From a virus (Duplodnaviria; Caudoviricetes), in IMG/VR virus record IMGVR_UViG_3300020419_000010, positions 1 to 64,000 of that record: a DNA stretch of 64,000 bases. One strand, given 5' to 3'. Numbering within the stretch: the first letter of the stretch is position 1; each line of letters starts with the position of its first letter. Of this stretch, positions 28,698 through 37,180 are shown piece by piece. The notes beneath the pieces were generated by a model that was given only the letters and a program-made list of their open reading frames with translations, did no database searches and had not been told where the DNA came from. Made by a program: the position numbers and the translations under genes.

Positions 28698-29289
28698 TAA
28701 AGTAATACCACTATTCTCTACACCTGTATTTGTAGAGGTAGGTAAAGATATGCCTGATGTTATCCCTAACATTAAGGATTTAGAATATCATAATTATTCT
28801 AATAGGCATAAAGGTGGAGAACAAACAACCAACATGAATATACTGGACACATTACCAGAACTAACAGAGTGGTTAAGTCCATTTGTTAAAGAGTATGTGT
28901 ATGGTGTCATGGGGTGTGATACTAAGAATGATATAGACATACCTTGTTCATGGGTCAATAGACATAAGTTTCAAGATAAATCACATGAACATAATCATAG
29001 AAACTGTTTATATTCTGGAATAGTATATTTGGAGTGCGAACCTAACGGTGGTGATTTGGTATTCACCAACCATAAATTTGAAATGATAAGTCCAGACAAG
29101 ACACACCATAACATATACAATAGTATGAAGTGGACTATCAGACCAGAGAAGGGCATGGTTATTATGTTCCCTAGTGACCTATTTCATTTTGTAACAGAGA
29201 ACCTATCAAGTGAGATAAGATACTCGTTAGCATTTAATATGATGTTACGAGGAAAGTTTGGCAATCCCTCGTCATTCATAAACCTATGA
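28675..29289 (+). CDS. TIGR02466-like putative 2OG-Fe(II) oxygenase
   Basis: LFSTPV, SWVN, HNH.N..YSGIVYL, MFPSDLFHFV, RYSLAFN. Confidence 0.88.
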   Translation: MQTTHLTDKVIPLFSTPVFVEVGKDMPDVIPNIKDLEYHNYSNRHKGGEQTTNMNILDTLPELTEWLSPFVKEYVYGVMGCDTKNDIDIPCSWVNRHKFQDKSHEHNHRNCLYSGIVYLECEPNGGDLVFTNHKFEMISPDKTHHNIYNSMKWTIRPEKGMVIMFPSDLFHFVTENLSSEIRYSLAFNMMLRGKFGNPSSFINL

Positions 29290-29612
29290 GTACACCTTTA
29301 TTCATTTCAGAGAGCATACCATTGGAAATCAGAGACATACTAAAAGCACTATCAGTTGGTAGTAAAGCAAGATGGCAAGGATTTGAAGGCACTATTGGAT
29401 TTGTGAGTGATGACTACATCACATTAATATTAAGAGAGATACCTGACGAGAATACCAGATATGGATATAGAACAGTCAGTCTATTAGTCAGGCGGTGTGA
29501 CTGGGAAGAACTAGAACTAGACCCAGTACACTTTAAGAGAGTGAGAGCATATAGAGGTAAGATCAATGACCACGCAGGCAATGATATGATGCCAGAGATA
29601 GACAAAAGATAA
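29286..29612 (+). CDS. Hypothetical protein
   Basis: 108-aa ORF coupled by ATGA; stop codon lies within dyad copy 1. Confidence 0.7.
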   Translation: MSTPLFISESIPLEIRDILKALSVGSKARWQGFEGTIGFVSDDYITLILREIPDENTRYGYRTVSLLVRRCDWEELELDPVHFKRVRAYRGKINDHAGNDMMPEIDKR

Positions 29613-29656
29613 ACTGTCACAAGGGGTTGACTACTGTTCAATCTATGCACTATACT
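29598..29656 (+). promoter_or_regulatory. Early cassette promoter 1 (degenerate dyad, TTGACT, TATACT)
   Basis: ATAGACA-N10-TGTCACA 29598-29621, TTGACT 29627, TATACT 29651; no CAACCAC. Confidence 0.65.
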
Positions 29657-29680
29657 AAGGAATATTATATTATTATTGAG

Positions 29681-30934
29681 TTGACAATTACATTACGACC
29701 ACATCAACAGCGAGCATTCACAGCAATGCGTGAGAACAACAAAGGTTCAGTTATAGTACCCACAGGTGGTGGTAAGACTATGGTTATGATTGAACACGCT
29801 CGTATGACATATTGTCAGAACTCAGTACCTAAAACTATTGTAGTGGTTGCACCTCGCATACTACTAGCAAATCAATTATGTTCAGAGTTTCTAGAACAGA
29901 ACCTAGACGGTTGGTACAATCAGTCTATCGAGGTTATACATTGCCACTCAGGAGAGACTCACTTCAAGTCAACTACTAAGACTGAGCAATTAGAGGAGTG
30001 GTATCACAATACACCTAAGAACCTTATCATATTTACTACATATCATTCATTACACAAGATTACAAATAGTCTTGATATTGAAGTTGACGTAGCATACTAT
30101 GATGAAGCACATAACTCAGTTACTAGACGATTCTTTGATGGTACTCAGGCAATGAGTCACAGATCAAGACAATCATATTTTTTCACAGCAACACCTCGTA
30201 TAGCACATCAACATGAGCGTAGTATGACTAACGAGAAAGTATATGGTAAGACACTTATCAATGTACCCGCACCAGAACTCGTAGAGCAAGGTCATATACT
30301 ACCACCAACTATCGTACCGTTTGAAGTTGATGCAACTAGAACCAGAGAAAATTGTCATGAAGTAGATGCAGAGTCAGTTGATGATATTATTGATACACTA
30401 GATGATACACACGCATCTAAGGTACTTGTAGCAGTTCCTAGTAGTGGTACGTTGCAAGGTATGATCTCTAAGACCACTCTATTGTATCGCTTGTCAGAGC
30501 GTGGATACGACACCTTACACATCACATCTAAGTTCGGTGCTATCATCAATGGTAAGAAGGTATCAAGAGAGTATTTCTTTGATACTCTTACATCATGGGG
30601 TAGAGACCCAGATAAGAAGTTTGTTATCTTTCACTATTCTATTCTTAGTGAAGGTATCAATGTTCATGGACTGACCCATTGCATCTTGTTAAGAAACCTT
30701 AACGTAGTTGAAATGGCACAGACTATTGGTAGAGTTATACGTCTAGATAAGAGAGATAGTAACAGGTTGCAGAGTGGAGAACTAACACCTTGCAAGTGGT
30801 CACTATATCATAAACCTACTGGTTACATTACAGTTCCAGTACACAAGACATCTAAGAGAACTATCAAGAGACTAGAATTAGTTTGTGATAGTATCTTTAA
30901 CAAAGGAGAACCACCACTTAGTATTGTTAGATGA
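29681..30934 (+). CDS. Superfamily 2 helicase (ResIII/DEAH-like)
   Basis: LRPHQ, PTGGGKT, DEAH, FTATP, ILSEGINV, QTIGRVIR; TTG start at 29681 inferred from promoter position. Confidence 0.88.
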   Translation: MTITLRPHQQRAFTAMRENNKGSVIVPTGGGKTMVMIEHARMTYCQNSVPKTIVVVAPRILLANQLCSEFLEQNLDGWYNQSIEVIHCHSGETHFKSTTKTEQLEEWYHNTPKNLIIFTTYHSLHKITNSLDIEVDVAYYDEAHNSVTRRFFDGTQAMSHRSRQSYFFTATPRIAHQHERSMTNEKVYGKTLINVPAPELVEQGHILPPTIVPFEVDATRTRENCHEVDAESVDDIIDTLDDTHASKVLVAVPSSGTLQGMISKTTLLYRLSERGYDTLHITSKFGAIINGKKVSREYFFDTLTSWGRDPDKKFVIFHYSILSEGINVHGLTHCILLRNLNVVEMAQTIGRVIRLDKRDSNRLQSGELTPCKWSLYHKPTGYITVPVHKTSKRTIKRLELVCDSIFNKGEPPLSIVR

Positions 30935-31512
30935 GTCAAATCTGTACATTATTTCCACAATTCTATTATCATGGAGAGGTAGAGAAACATCAACAGTTAA
31001 AAGATAAACTATTATCTGAATTAACTGTTGATAAACTATCTCAACCAAAGGAGTGGAATTGTAGTGTTCAATCATCATTTGAAACTGATAACAATTTCTC
31101 ATGGGATTATTTTTATGAGTGCATTAAACCTAACTTGTTAGATATGCACCAACAATTAAAAGGTAATCCATTGCACCAGTTTAATATGACCGAAGCATGG
31201 TTAAACAAATATGAGCGAGGAGATAGTCAAGAAGTACACACCCACATAGGTGCTGATAACACAACTTTCTCATGTTCATATTTTGCCCAATATGCCCCTA
31301 ATGACGCTAGATTTTTGTTCTATGACCCAGATCAAACTAAACATTTAGGAGAGTTCTCTAAACATTATGGTGGAGTGGTAAACACATGGTTTCCTGATGT
31401 ACAAGAAGGAGATATAATAATATTTCCCTCATGGATACATCATCAAGTAGAACCACATAGGTCAGACACCACACGCATTACAGTATCAGCAAACTTTAAA
31501 GTAACATCATGA
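30931..31512 (+). CDS. TIGR02466-like putative 2OG-Fe(II) oxygenase
   Basis: LFP, AWLNKY, QEVHTH, EGDIIIFPSWIHHQV, RITVSAN. Confidence 0.88.
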   Translation: MSQICTLFPQFYYHGEVEKHQQLKDKLLSELTVDKLSQPKEWNCSVQSSFETDNNFSWDYFYECIKPNLLDMHQQLKGNPLHQFNMTEAWLNKYERGDSQEVHTHIGADNTTFSCSYFAQYAPNDARFLFYDPDQTKHLGEFSKHYGGVVNTWFPDVQEGDIIIFPSWIHHQVEPHRSDTTRITVSANFKVTS

Positions 31513-32039
31513 CATATAGCACAAGTGACGTCAGAGTAATTGACGGATATTTCCCAGACTGGTTAATAGATGACGTAGGTAAATACTTGTCAACTGATTT
31601 CCCTATGTACTATAACAATACACCATACGGAGACTATAAGAAAGCAAGATTCTGGGGTAATACTGTTATCAGGGATAACGAGTTTACAGGAGAGACACCT
31701 TGGTATTGGTTTTTTGCTTATCTTAATGAATGTATAATGAAAGATATATGTAAAGACCTACCTTTAAGTCATATCCATAGAGTTTTAGTCAATGCTCAAC
31801 ACCCACATCAAGTGAGTCAGACACATACAGATTTTAACCATAAAGCAACAAGTATCATATACCACGCATACGGTCAGAGTGGCGATACAACATTTGCTGA
31901 CGGTCACAGAGTGCCATTTAGAGAAGGTAGGTTAGTTATATTTGATTCCCAAAAGGAACATGATGGCGAACCACCTAGTGAAGATATAAGAATAACACTA
32001 GGAGTAATTGCACCACACAAAGGTGTGTCAGTATATTAA
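31509..32039 (+). CDS. 2OG-Fe(II) oxygenase-like protein
   Basis: VIDGYF, HTD, GDTTF, GRLVIFDS..EH, RITL. Confidence 0.8.
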   Translation: MTYSTSDVRVIDGYFPDWLIDDVGKYLSTDFPMYYNNTPYGDYKKARFWGNTVIRDNEFTGETPWYWFFAYLNECIMKDICKDLPLSHIHRVLVNAQHPHQVSQTHTDFNHKATSIIYHAYGQSGDTTFADGHRVPFREGRLVIFDSQKEHDGEPPSEDIRITLGVIAPHKGVSVY

Positions 32040-32107
32040 GTGTCACATAGTTTGTTGAAATCGTACGACAATCATATAATATAGAACTATCAAACTATTT
32101 CAACCAC
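32024..32107 (+). promoter_or_regulatory. Early cassette promoter 2
   Basis: TGTGTCA-N10-TGTCACA 32024-32047, TATAAT 32075, CAACCAC 32101, ATG 32109. Confidence 0.85.
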
Positions 32108-32108
32108 T

Positions 32109-32240
32109 ATGTCAAGAAAAGAATTTGAACTCATGTATGATGCTTTCAAGAACTATCATATCTACATGACACCAGAACAAAAAGAATTAGCAGAACAATT
32201 ATTGAATAGAGGTTTCTACAATACAGGTGCATCAAAATGA
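32109..32240 (+). CDS. Small early protein (43 aa, not in ORF track)
   Basis: MSRKEFELMYDAFKNYHIYMTPEQKELAEQLLNRGFYNTGASK; follows CAACCAC and is coupled to the next ORF. Confidence 0.75.
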   Translation: MSRKEFELMYDAFKNYHIYMTPEQKELAEQLLNRGFYNTGASK

Positions 32241-32458
32241 TGTATCCAGATATAAGAGACTTTCATAAACTTCAAGGTAAGAAAGTTGACATCAAACTAT
32301 CATGGGAACAACTCAATGATATTATGTACTACCTAGAATGGAAACTAACAGACATATCTGAATCAGGTAATGATCTAGAATTTCCAGAGGTAGAGGAAGC
32401 AATGCAATCACTTGAAGAACAACAGTATCAAATTTACAAACAGGGGTGCGAAGCATGA
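32237..32458 (+). CDS. Small early hypothetical protein
   Basis: 73-aa ORF, ATGA coupling. Confidence 0.7.
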   Translation: MMYPDIRDFHKLQGKKVDIKLSWEQLNDIMYYLEWKLTDISESGNDLEFPEVEEAMQSLEEQQYQIYKQGCEA

Positions 32459-32694
32459 AGCATACAATCACACTAGATGACATGGAAATCACAGCACTCA
32501 ATATCCTATTAGAAGGGGAGAGTGAGATTATGGTAGAGTCTAGACTCAATACTACTGGCAATGTTAATCCAGATAGACGAGAGATCTTAATAAATCTAGT
32601 TTATACCAAAGTCTTTGATGCCTGTTGGAAAGCAGATAAAGACCCGAATAACGATTATGACTTAATGAAAAACTATGATAGGGTTCTAGCGTGA
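32446..32694 (+). CDS. Small early hypothetical protein
   Basis: ORF with probable ATG at 32455; TGA stop lies in the left arm of dyad 3. Confidence 0.7.
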   Translation: MRSMKHTITLDDMEITALNILLEGESEIMVESRLNTTGNVNPDRREILINLVYTKVFDACWKADKDPNNDYDLMKNYDRVLA

Positions 32695-32768
32695 CAGTTA
32701 TATTACTGGCACACTACTTGTTTAAATCGTAGAATTATACCTTTATAATGATTATATACTTCAACCAC
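32690..32768 (+). promoter_or_regulatory. Early cassette promoter 3
   Basis: CGTGACA-N10-TGGCACA 32690-32713, TATAAT 32744, CAACCAC 32762, ATG 32775. Confidence 0.85.
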
Positions 32769-32774
32769 AAAGCA

Positions 32775-33077
32775 ATGGACACAATTACAAACAAAAGACA
32801 ACTTGATGATTTTGTTGATTATGTATGGTCATTCTATGGTAGTGATGATGATTCACTCTATCCAATAGAAGGACTAACAAAGTTATTAATCCACAAAGCA
32901 ACTTCTATATACTTCAAAGCAATTATCTCATCAAGAGGTAACATCACATGGGGAGACGGAGACTCACTTGATAGAGAGCGTGTAAGAGATATATTAACTG
33001 GTGTTATGGGCATGACCATAGACTACAACCCACAAAAGGGAATTACAGTTCAAGATTTAAAGGATTTAGCACTATGA
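32775..33077 (+). CDS. Early hypothetical protein
   Basis: MDTITNKRQLDDFVDYVWSFY...WGDGDSLDRERVRD; start reassigned to the ATG after CAACCAC. Confidence 0.75.
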   Translation: MDTITNKRQLDDFVDYVWSFYGSDDDSLYPIEGLTKLLIHKATSIYFKAIISSRGNITWGDGDSLDRERVRDILTGVMGMTIDYNPQKGITVQDLKDLAL

Positions 33078-33205
33078 TTGAATTAACACATGATGAAATC
33101 CGTAGAGCATCTACTACTAAACTACGCAATATTCTTAAAGAGGATATTGACGTAGATCTAGATGACATGATTAACTATGAACTTTATATTAGGGAGTTTA
33201 GTTAA
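33074..33205 (+). CDS. Small early protein (43 aa, not in ORF track)
   Basis: MIELTHDEIRRASTTKLRNILKED...; coupled to neighbours at both ends. Confidence 0.65.
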   Translation: MIELTHDEIRRASTTKLRNILKEDIDVDLDDMINYELYIREFS

Positions 33206-33436
33206 ATGACTAGATTATGGGAATACCCAGAGGAAAATCCCTATGGAGAGTGTACTTATGATGGTAAAGTTGAAGTTTATTATAACATGACTTCATTCTT
33301 AGATGATGCAGAAGTACATCAAATTTGGGAAATTGTGGGTAAAGCAATGGACAGAAAAGGTATTGTCACAACAGACAATGAACAACTCTCAGTAAGAGTG
33401 TATGATGAAATTAATTCAGAGGACAATGATGAATAG
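33206..33436 (+). CDS. Small acidic early protein
   Basis: 76-aa ORF with GGGAG upstream. Confidence 0.7.
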   Translation: MTRLWEYPEENPYGECTYDGKVEVYYNMTSFLDDAEVHQIWEIVGKAMDRKGIVTTDNEQLSVRVYDEINSEDNDE

Positions 33437-33560
33437 ATCAAAACTTGAACAACTCATTACTGATTTTGTAATAGAGAATAATCTTGATGCTTCATTTGTA
33501 CAACAAACAGAAGGATTAACATACGTTAGATTTACAGTAGAAGAGGACAATCATGAATAG
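33426..33560 (+). CDS. Small early protein (44 aa, not in ORF track)
   Basis: MMNRSKLEQLITDFVIENNLDASF...; GAGG upstream; fills the gap exactly. Confidence 0.6.
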   Translation: MMNRSKLEQLITDFVIENNLDASFVQQTEGLTYVRFTVEEDNHE

Positions 33561-33744
33561 TAATCAGATCAAAATTGAAACATTCGATAAGTACATCATG
33601 CGAGGTGGAGATCAATCACTCTCAAATATAGAGGACTTATGTGAATATGGTTTCATGCTATTAGGTGCTGAACCAAATGATGAAAATGTATTCAATGACG
33701 TAGTTATTGGAACTATTCAGAAACTAACACAAAATTTGACTTAA
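33553..33744 (+). CDS. Small early hypothetical protein
   Basis: 63-aa ORF with GAGG upstream. Confidence 0.65.
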   Translation: MNSNQIKIETFDKYIMRGGDQSLSNIEDLCEYGFMLLGAEPNDENVFNDVVIGTIQKLTQNLT

Positions 33745-33762
33745 CATTATTATTAGAGTATT

Positions 33763-33957
33763 ATGGAAGTTGTTATTCAACCTATGAATCTATTTGAATC
33801 AGAAATTTGCGTAGATTGTGGAAAACCTTGTCACATGGGTTCGGGAAGATTTGTTAATCGTTATGCTTACTACGGAGACGAGGTAGAAGGTTGGCGGTGT
33901 GGCGAATGTTCAGCAGAACTAGATAGGTTACAGGAAGAAATTGGAGGATTTGAATGA
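33763..33957 (+). CDS. Small putative Zn-finger protein
   Basis: CVDC...CGEC; GSGRFVNR. Confidence 0.7.
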   Translation: MEVVIQPMNLFESEICVDCGKPCHMGSGRFVNRYAYYGDEVEGWRCGECSAELDRLQEEIGGFE

Positions 33958-34094
33958 AACCCTATTTTTTATACATCTTAATCGGACTTGTATTTTTATC
34001 ACTCATTAGAACATCATTTAAAATTGATAGGAGTGAAAGAAACAATAGATTATACGAGGAATTATGCAAAGTAGATCAGGAGTATTGTAAATGA
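33954..34094 (+). CDS. Small membrane-anchored protein (46 aa, not in ORF track)
   Basis: MKPYFLYILIGLVFLSLIR hydrophobic N-terminus, C-terminal LCKVDQEYCK; GGAGG upstream. Confidence 0.65.
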   Translation: MKPYFLYILIGLVFLSLIRTSFKIDRSERNNRLYEELCKVDQEYCK

Positions 34095-34303
34095 TAACAC
34101 CAGAATCTAACGGTTACTTCACTAAAACAAGTGATAAACAATACGATAGAAACAAGTATAAGATTAATTGTAAAGACGGTAGTTCGCTCATTACATACGA
34201 TTATAATGATGTTATAGAGAACTATTGGCATAAATCTAACTTAATAGAGAATGTAGAAGTACTGGACATTAAACCTAAGAGATCAGGCGGTAAGGGATTT
34301 TGA
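34091..34303 (+). CDS. Small early hypothetical protein
   Basis: 70 aa ending VEVLD...KGF. Confidence 0.7.
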   Translation: MITPESNGYFTKTSDKQYDRNKYKINCKDGSSLITYDYNDVIENYWHKSNLIENVEVLDIKPKRSGGKGF

Positions 34304-34401
34304 AATCAGATACATTACTAAGGATACTCAAAGTTGTTAGAGTCAAGAAGGTTAAGTATAAACCTACTCGTAAACACCATAATATGCACTTATACGGTTA
34401 A
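34300..34401 (+). CDS. Small basic peptide (33 aa, TTG start, not in ORF track)
   Basis: MKSDTLLRILKVVRVKKVKYKPTRKHHNMHLYG; overlaps both neighbours' stop and start codons. Confidence 0.5.
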   Translation: MKSDTLLRILKVVRVKKVKYKPTRKHHNMHLYG

Positions 34402-34970
34402 TGAAACATACATTATTTCCCATACAATACTACCATTGCAAGATACATAACCATAAAGAGTTATTTGGTTCATTATTAGATAGTGCTAAACATTTACTCA
34501 AAGATGCTCAGGGTAAATGGAATTGTAGTGTTTATACAACATATTTTGAAGAGCAAGATGTAGTAGATGCTGATGAACTAGGCAAGGTTCTCGCACCCTA
34601 TTTGTATCAATATTTCCCCACACATTGCAACATAGATTTAATAAACTCATGGTTAAACTTATATAATAGTGGACACACACAAGAACCACACCATCATGTA
34701 AATTTCCCTGACTTTATTAATTTTAGTGGAGTAATATTCATACAGTATAAGAAGGGAGAAGATGCTAACTTTTATTTTGAGAATTTAAACTTAGAGCATA
34801 CAGTACTAGGTTACACACATATATTCGAGCAAGATCAGATATTAACACCTGATATAACGGAAGGCGATTTGTTGTTATTTCCCTCGTTTGTACGACATGG
34901 AGTAAAGACTCAGAAATTTGATAATAACAGATTAACGCTCAGTTTCAATCTTGCTGTGACACCTATGTAA
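34401..34970 (+). CDS. TIGR02466-like putative 2OG-Fe(II) oxygenase
   Basis: LFP, SWLNLY, QEPHHH, FSGV, EGDLLLFPSFVRHGV, RLTLSFN; paralogue of 30931. Confidence 0.88.
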   Translation: MKHTLFPIQYYHCKIHNHKELFGSLLDSAKHLLKDAQGKWNCSVYTTYFEEQDVVDADELGKVLAPYLYQYFPTHCNIDLINSWLNLYNSGHTQEPHHHVNFPDFINFSGVIFIQYKKGEDANFYFENLNLEHTVLGYTHIFEQDQILTPDITEGDLLLFPSFVRHGVKTQKFDNNRLTLSFNLAVTPM

Positions 34971-35028
34971 GTGTCACATAGTTTGACACAAGTGCTAGAC
35001 GTATGATTATAATGGATATATCAACCAC
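34955..35028 (+). promoter_or_regulatory. Early cassette promoter 4 (perfect dyad)
   Basis: TGTGACAC-N8-GTGTCACA 34955-34978, TTGACA 34983, TATAAT 35008, CAACCAC 35022, ATG 35036. Confidence 0.9.
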
Positions 35029-35035
35029 AGATAAC

Positions 35036-35626
35036 ATGATTTTCAACTTCTTAGAAACAAGTTTCCAAAACGTAAGATCATCTAAGAGAACTGACCAGTT
35101 GCATGATGCACTACTAACTCAGTTCCTAGAAACATATCCAGAACTAAAATCATTACATTGGAGACAAGAGTATAAACTACAAAAAGACGCATTTGGCGGT
35201 ACATTCGATATTGATATTGTAGGACTTGATGACAATGGTTATATCAAGTATGCAATTCTTGCTAAGGCAATCAACAGCAATGTCAACAAGAATATCAAGA
35301 ACTATGCAAATACTACCATAGGCGAAGCATCAAGACTATTCTATGCACCTATCGTAAATGAAACAATCGAAAAGATATTATTTGTTTCATTACTACCTAG
35401 AACAGCACCTAGATTCAATAAGAAGGGAGAAGTTGTAGGATTTGATGACGTCAAGTCAGCGAAGGATAGAACTAATATCAAACCAGTACTAAAAACACAG
35501 TATGGTAACAAAGTACAATCTATTGATCTATTCTATACTATTGATGATGTAAGATCAGGATTAACTAACGAGGACTATAATACAATAACACCTAGTTTTA
35601 TTGATTCATTTGTATTCGAGGTTTAA
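35036..35626 (+). CDS. Putative PD-(D/E)xK-fold (restriction-endonuclease-like) nuclease
   Basis: QEY......FDIDIVG...AILAK...KN.KNY....GEA pattern resembling type II REase cores. Confidence 0.5.
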   Translation: MIFNFLETSFQNVRSSKRTDQLHDALLTQFLETYPELKSLHWRQEYKLQKDAFGGTFDIDIVGLDDNGYIKYAILAKAINSNVNKNIKNYANTTIGEASRLFYAPIVNETIEKILFVSLLPRTAPRFNKKGEVVGFDDVKSAKDRTNIKPVLKTQYGNKVQSIDLFYTIDDVRSGLTNEDYNTITPSFIDSFVFEV

Positions 35627-35628
35627 TC

Positions 35629-35799
35629 ATGAAAACATTTGTAGCAACATTCTCAGAGTATAAAGCAATCTGGTTACAGAGGTGTGATGAAGATGACCGC
35701 ACCATACCAACATTTGAGCAGTATTTACATGCCACTAAACTAGGCAGAGACTACTCAGCAATCTATGATAAGTACGGTTTCTTAAAGGAGGACTATTAA
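35629..35799 (+). CDS. Small early protein (56 aa, not in ORF track)
   Basis: MKTFVATFSEYKAIWLQRC...; GAGG upstream, abuts the next ATG. Confidence 0.65.
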   Translation: MKTFVATFSEYKAIWLQRCDEDDRTIPTFEQYLHATKLGRDYSAIYDKYGFLKEDY

Positions 35800-36033
35800 A
35801 TGACATACAAAACATTTGAGGAAATTTCAATAGGAGACATTGTATCATACAATCGGGTATGGGGATATGTTTTAGCAAGATTTGATGACGTTAAACAAAT
35901 TAAAATAGTAGATGAATATACTGACGATAAGATCATGGTAGATTATAGAAGAGTGCAGTTATTACAGAAATTCGATCTCAATACTACCTATGAAGATGAT
36001 ATGTTGAGACAAGACCCCAGACGGTTAAAATAG
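35800..36033 (+). CDS. Small early protein (SH3/KOW-like beta pattern)
   Basis: ISIGDIVSY...GYVL; GGAGG upstream; TAG stop inside dyad 5. Confidence 0.7.
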   Translation: MTYKTFEEISIGDIVSYNRVWGYVLARFDDVKQIKIVDEYTDDKIMVDYRRVQLLQKFDLNTTYEDDMLRQDPRRLK

Positions 36034-36075
36034 TGTCACACACATTATAGTAATCGACATTCACTCGACTATAAT
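36017..36075 (+). promoter_or_regulatory. Early cassette promoter 5
   Basis: CCAGACG-N10-TGTCACA 36017-36040, TATAAT 36070; CAACCAC displaced to 36164 by a structured leader. Confidence 0.8.
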
Positions 36076-36083
36076 GAATACAT

Positions 36084-36145
36084 GGGATAAGTTAGTACTC
36101 ACACCTCTAAGGTCAAAGTTGAGTGAAGCACCTCTTGACTATCCC
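36084..36145 (+). ncRNA. Candidate structured 5'-leader RNA element
   Basis: Nested stems GGGAU/AUCCC plus AGUUAG/UUGACU, UACUCA/UGAGUG, ACCU/AGGU between the -10 box and the first ATG. Confidence 0.6.
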
Positions 36146-36171
36146 TAATCAATTTAATTAATTCAACCACA

Positions 36172-36372
36172 ATGAATGCAAACAAATTAAAGCAAGTCAG
36201 ACTTTCAGTATTACTTGATAAGTTAACTGAACTAGGTTGGGATTATTCTTGTAATAGAATGTCTAGATCTGGTATGCAAATCTATGATGAGATTATGCAA
36301 TATGTTGGAGTTCTAGATGCTAACGAGCATTGGAATGAAGATGTTTATGCTGATTCTAACGGAGACTGGTAG
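36172..36372 (+). CDS. Small early hypothetical protein
   Basis: 66 aa; ATG 1 nt after CAACCAC. Confidence 0.75.
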   Translation: MNANKLKQVRLSVLLDKLTELGWDYSCNRMSRSGMQIYDEIMQYVGVLDANEHWNEDVYADSNGDW

Positions 36373-36373
36373 T

Positions 36374-36697
36374 ATGAACTTCACAGATAGAGAACTAGGA
36401 TTAATCGCTCATAAACTAGGTATGGCATATTGCGACCTAGACACACCCAATAGTGGTAACACATGGACATTTGAGAGATATGGTAAAGACGCAGTTGTAG
36501 GAGCATTTAAGAAGGTTCAAGAAGAAATTAAGAACAGAGGATTAAATGCTGACACACTTGAACTAAAACGTCAACCGTACCGTAGTCCAGTTACAAAAGA
36601 GTCCGCCTTTGGACTTGATAGAGACTTTGAGGTGCTAGGATTATATCGTAAAGATCAATCCAAGATCAGGAAAAGACCAACCACATTTTATTGCTAG
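36374..36697 (+). CDS. Early hypothetical protein
   Basis: MNFTDRELGLIAHKL...; GGAG upstream of ATG 36374. Confidence 0.7.
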   Translation: MNFTDRELGLIAHKLGMAYCDLDTPNSGNTWTFERYGKDAVVGAFKKVQEEIKNRGLNADTLELKRQPYRSPVTKESAFGLDRDFEVLGLYRKDQSKIRKRPTTFYC

Positions 36698-36921
36698 TCA
36701 TGACCAAAAGAGAACTAACAGATCAACAGTTTAAAGACTTAAAAGAGTTATATGTTGATAGAATCGTTGACAATATGTCAATGAAGGATTTAATCATCTA
36801 TGCTACCGAGGATATGCAGAAGTGGATAGACTCACTAACATTCAATGATGCAATGGTAGAAATAGAGGAGTATTTTGATGAGTATTTTACAGACACTATC
36901 GAGGAAGTAATCAATGGTTAA
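36691..36921 (+). CDS. Small acidic early protein
   Basis: LKELYVDRIVDNMS.KDL...; probable ATG at 36700. Confidence 0.7.
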   Translation: MLVMTKRELTDQQFKDLKELYVDRIVDNMSMKDLIIYATEDMQKWIDSLTFNDAMVEIEEYFDEYFTDTIEEVING

Positions 36922-37177
36922 ACAACAGTATGTTATGCAGTTCACAACAAGAACTGACTATTACCAAAGTTTTGAAATTTCATTTGATGAATTTTGGGAA
37001 GATTATTGTAAAGAGTGTGATTTTGATGAAGAGGAGTCAGATCTCTCAATGTGGGAGAATAGAGACTTGATGGAAATTGCATGGGATTTCATACTCAAAA
37101 ATCCAGACAAGTATCGTTATGGAAATTCTGATTATGATAATGAAGAGATCATGAACTACAACTTACAGAGGATTTAA
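36914..37177 (+). CDS. Highly acidic small early protein
   Basis: EISFDEFWEDYCKECDFDEEESDLSMWE. Confidence 0.75.
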   Translation: MVKQQYVMQFTTRTDYYQSFEISFDEFWEDYCKECDFDEEESDLSMWENRDLMEIAWDFILKNPDKYRYGNSDYDNEEIMNYNLQRI

Positions 37178-37180
37178 ACA

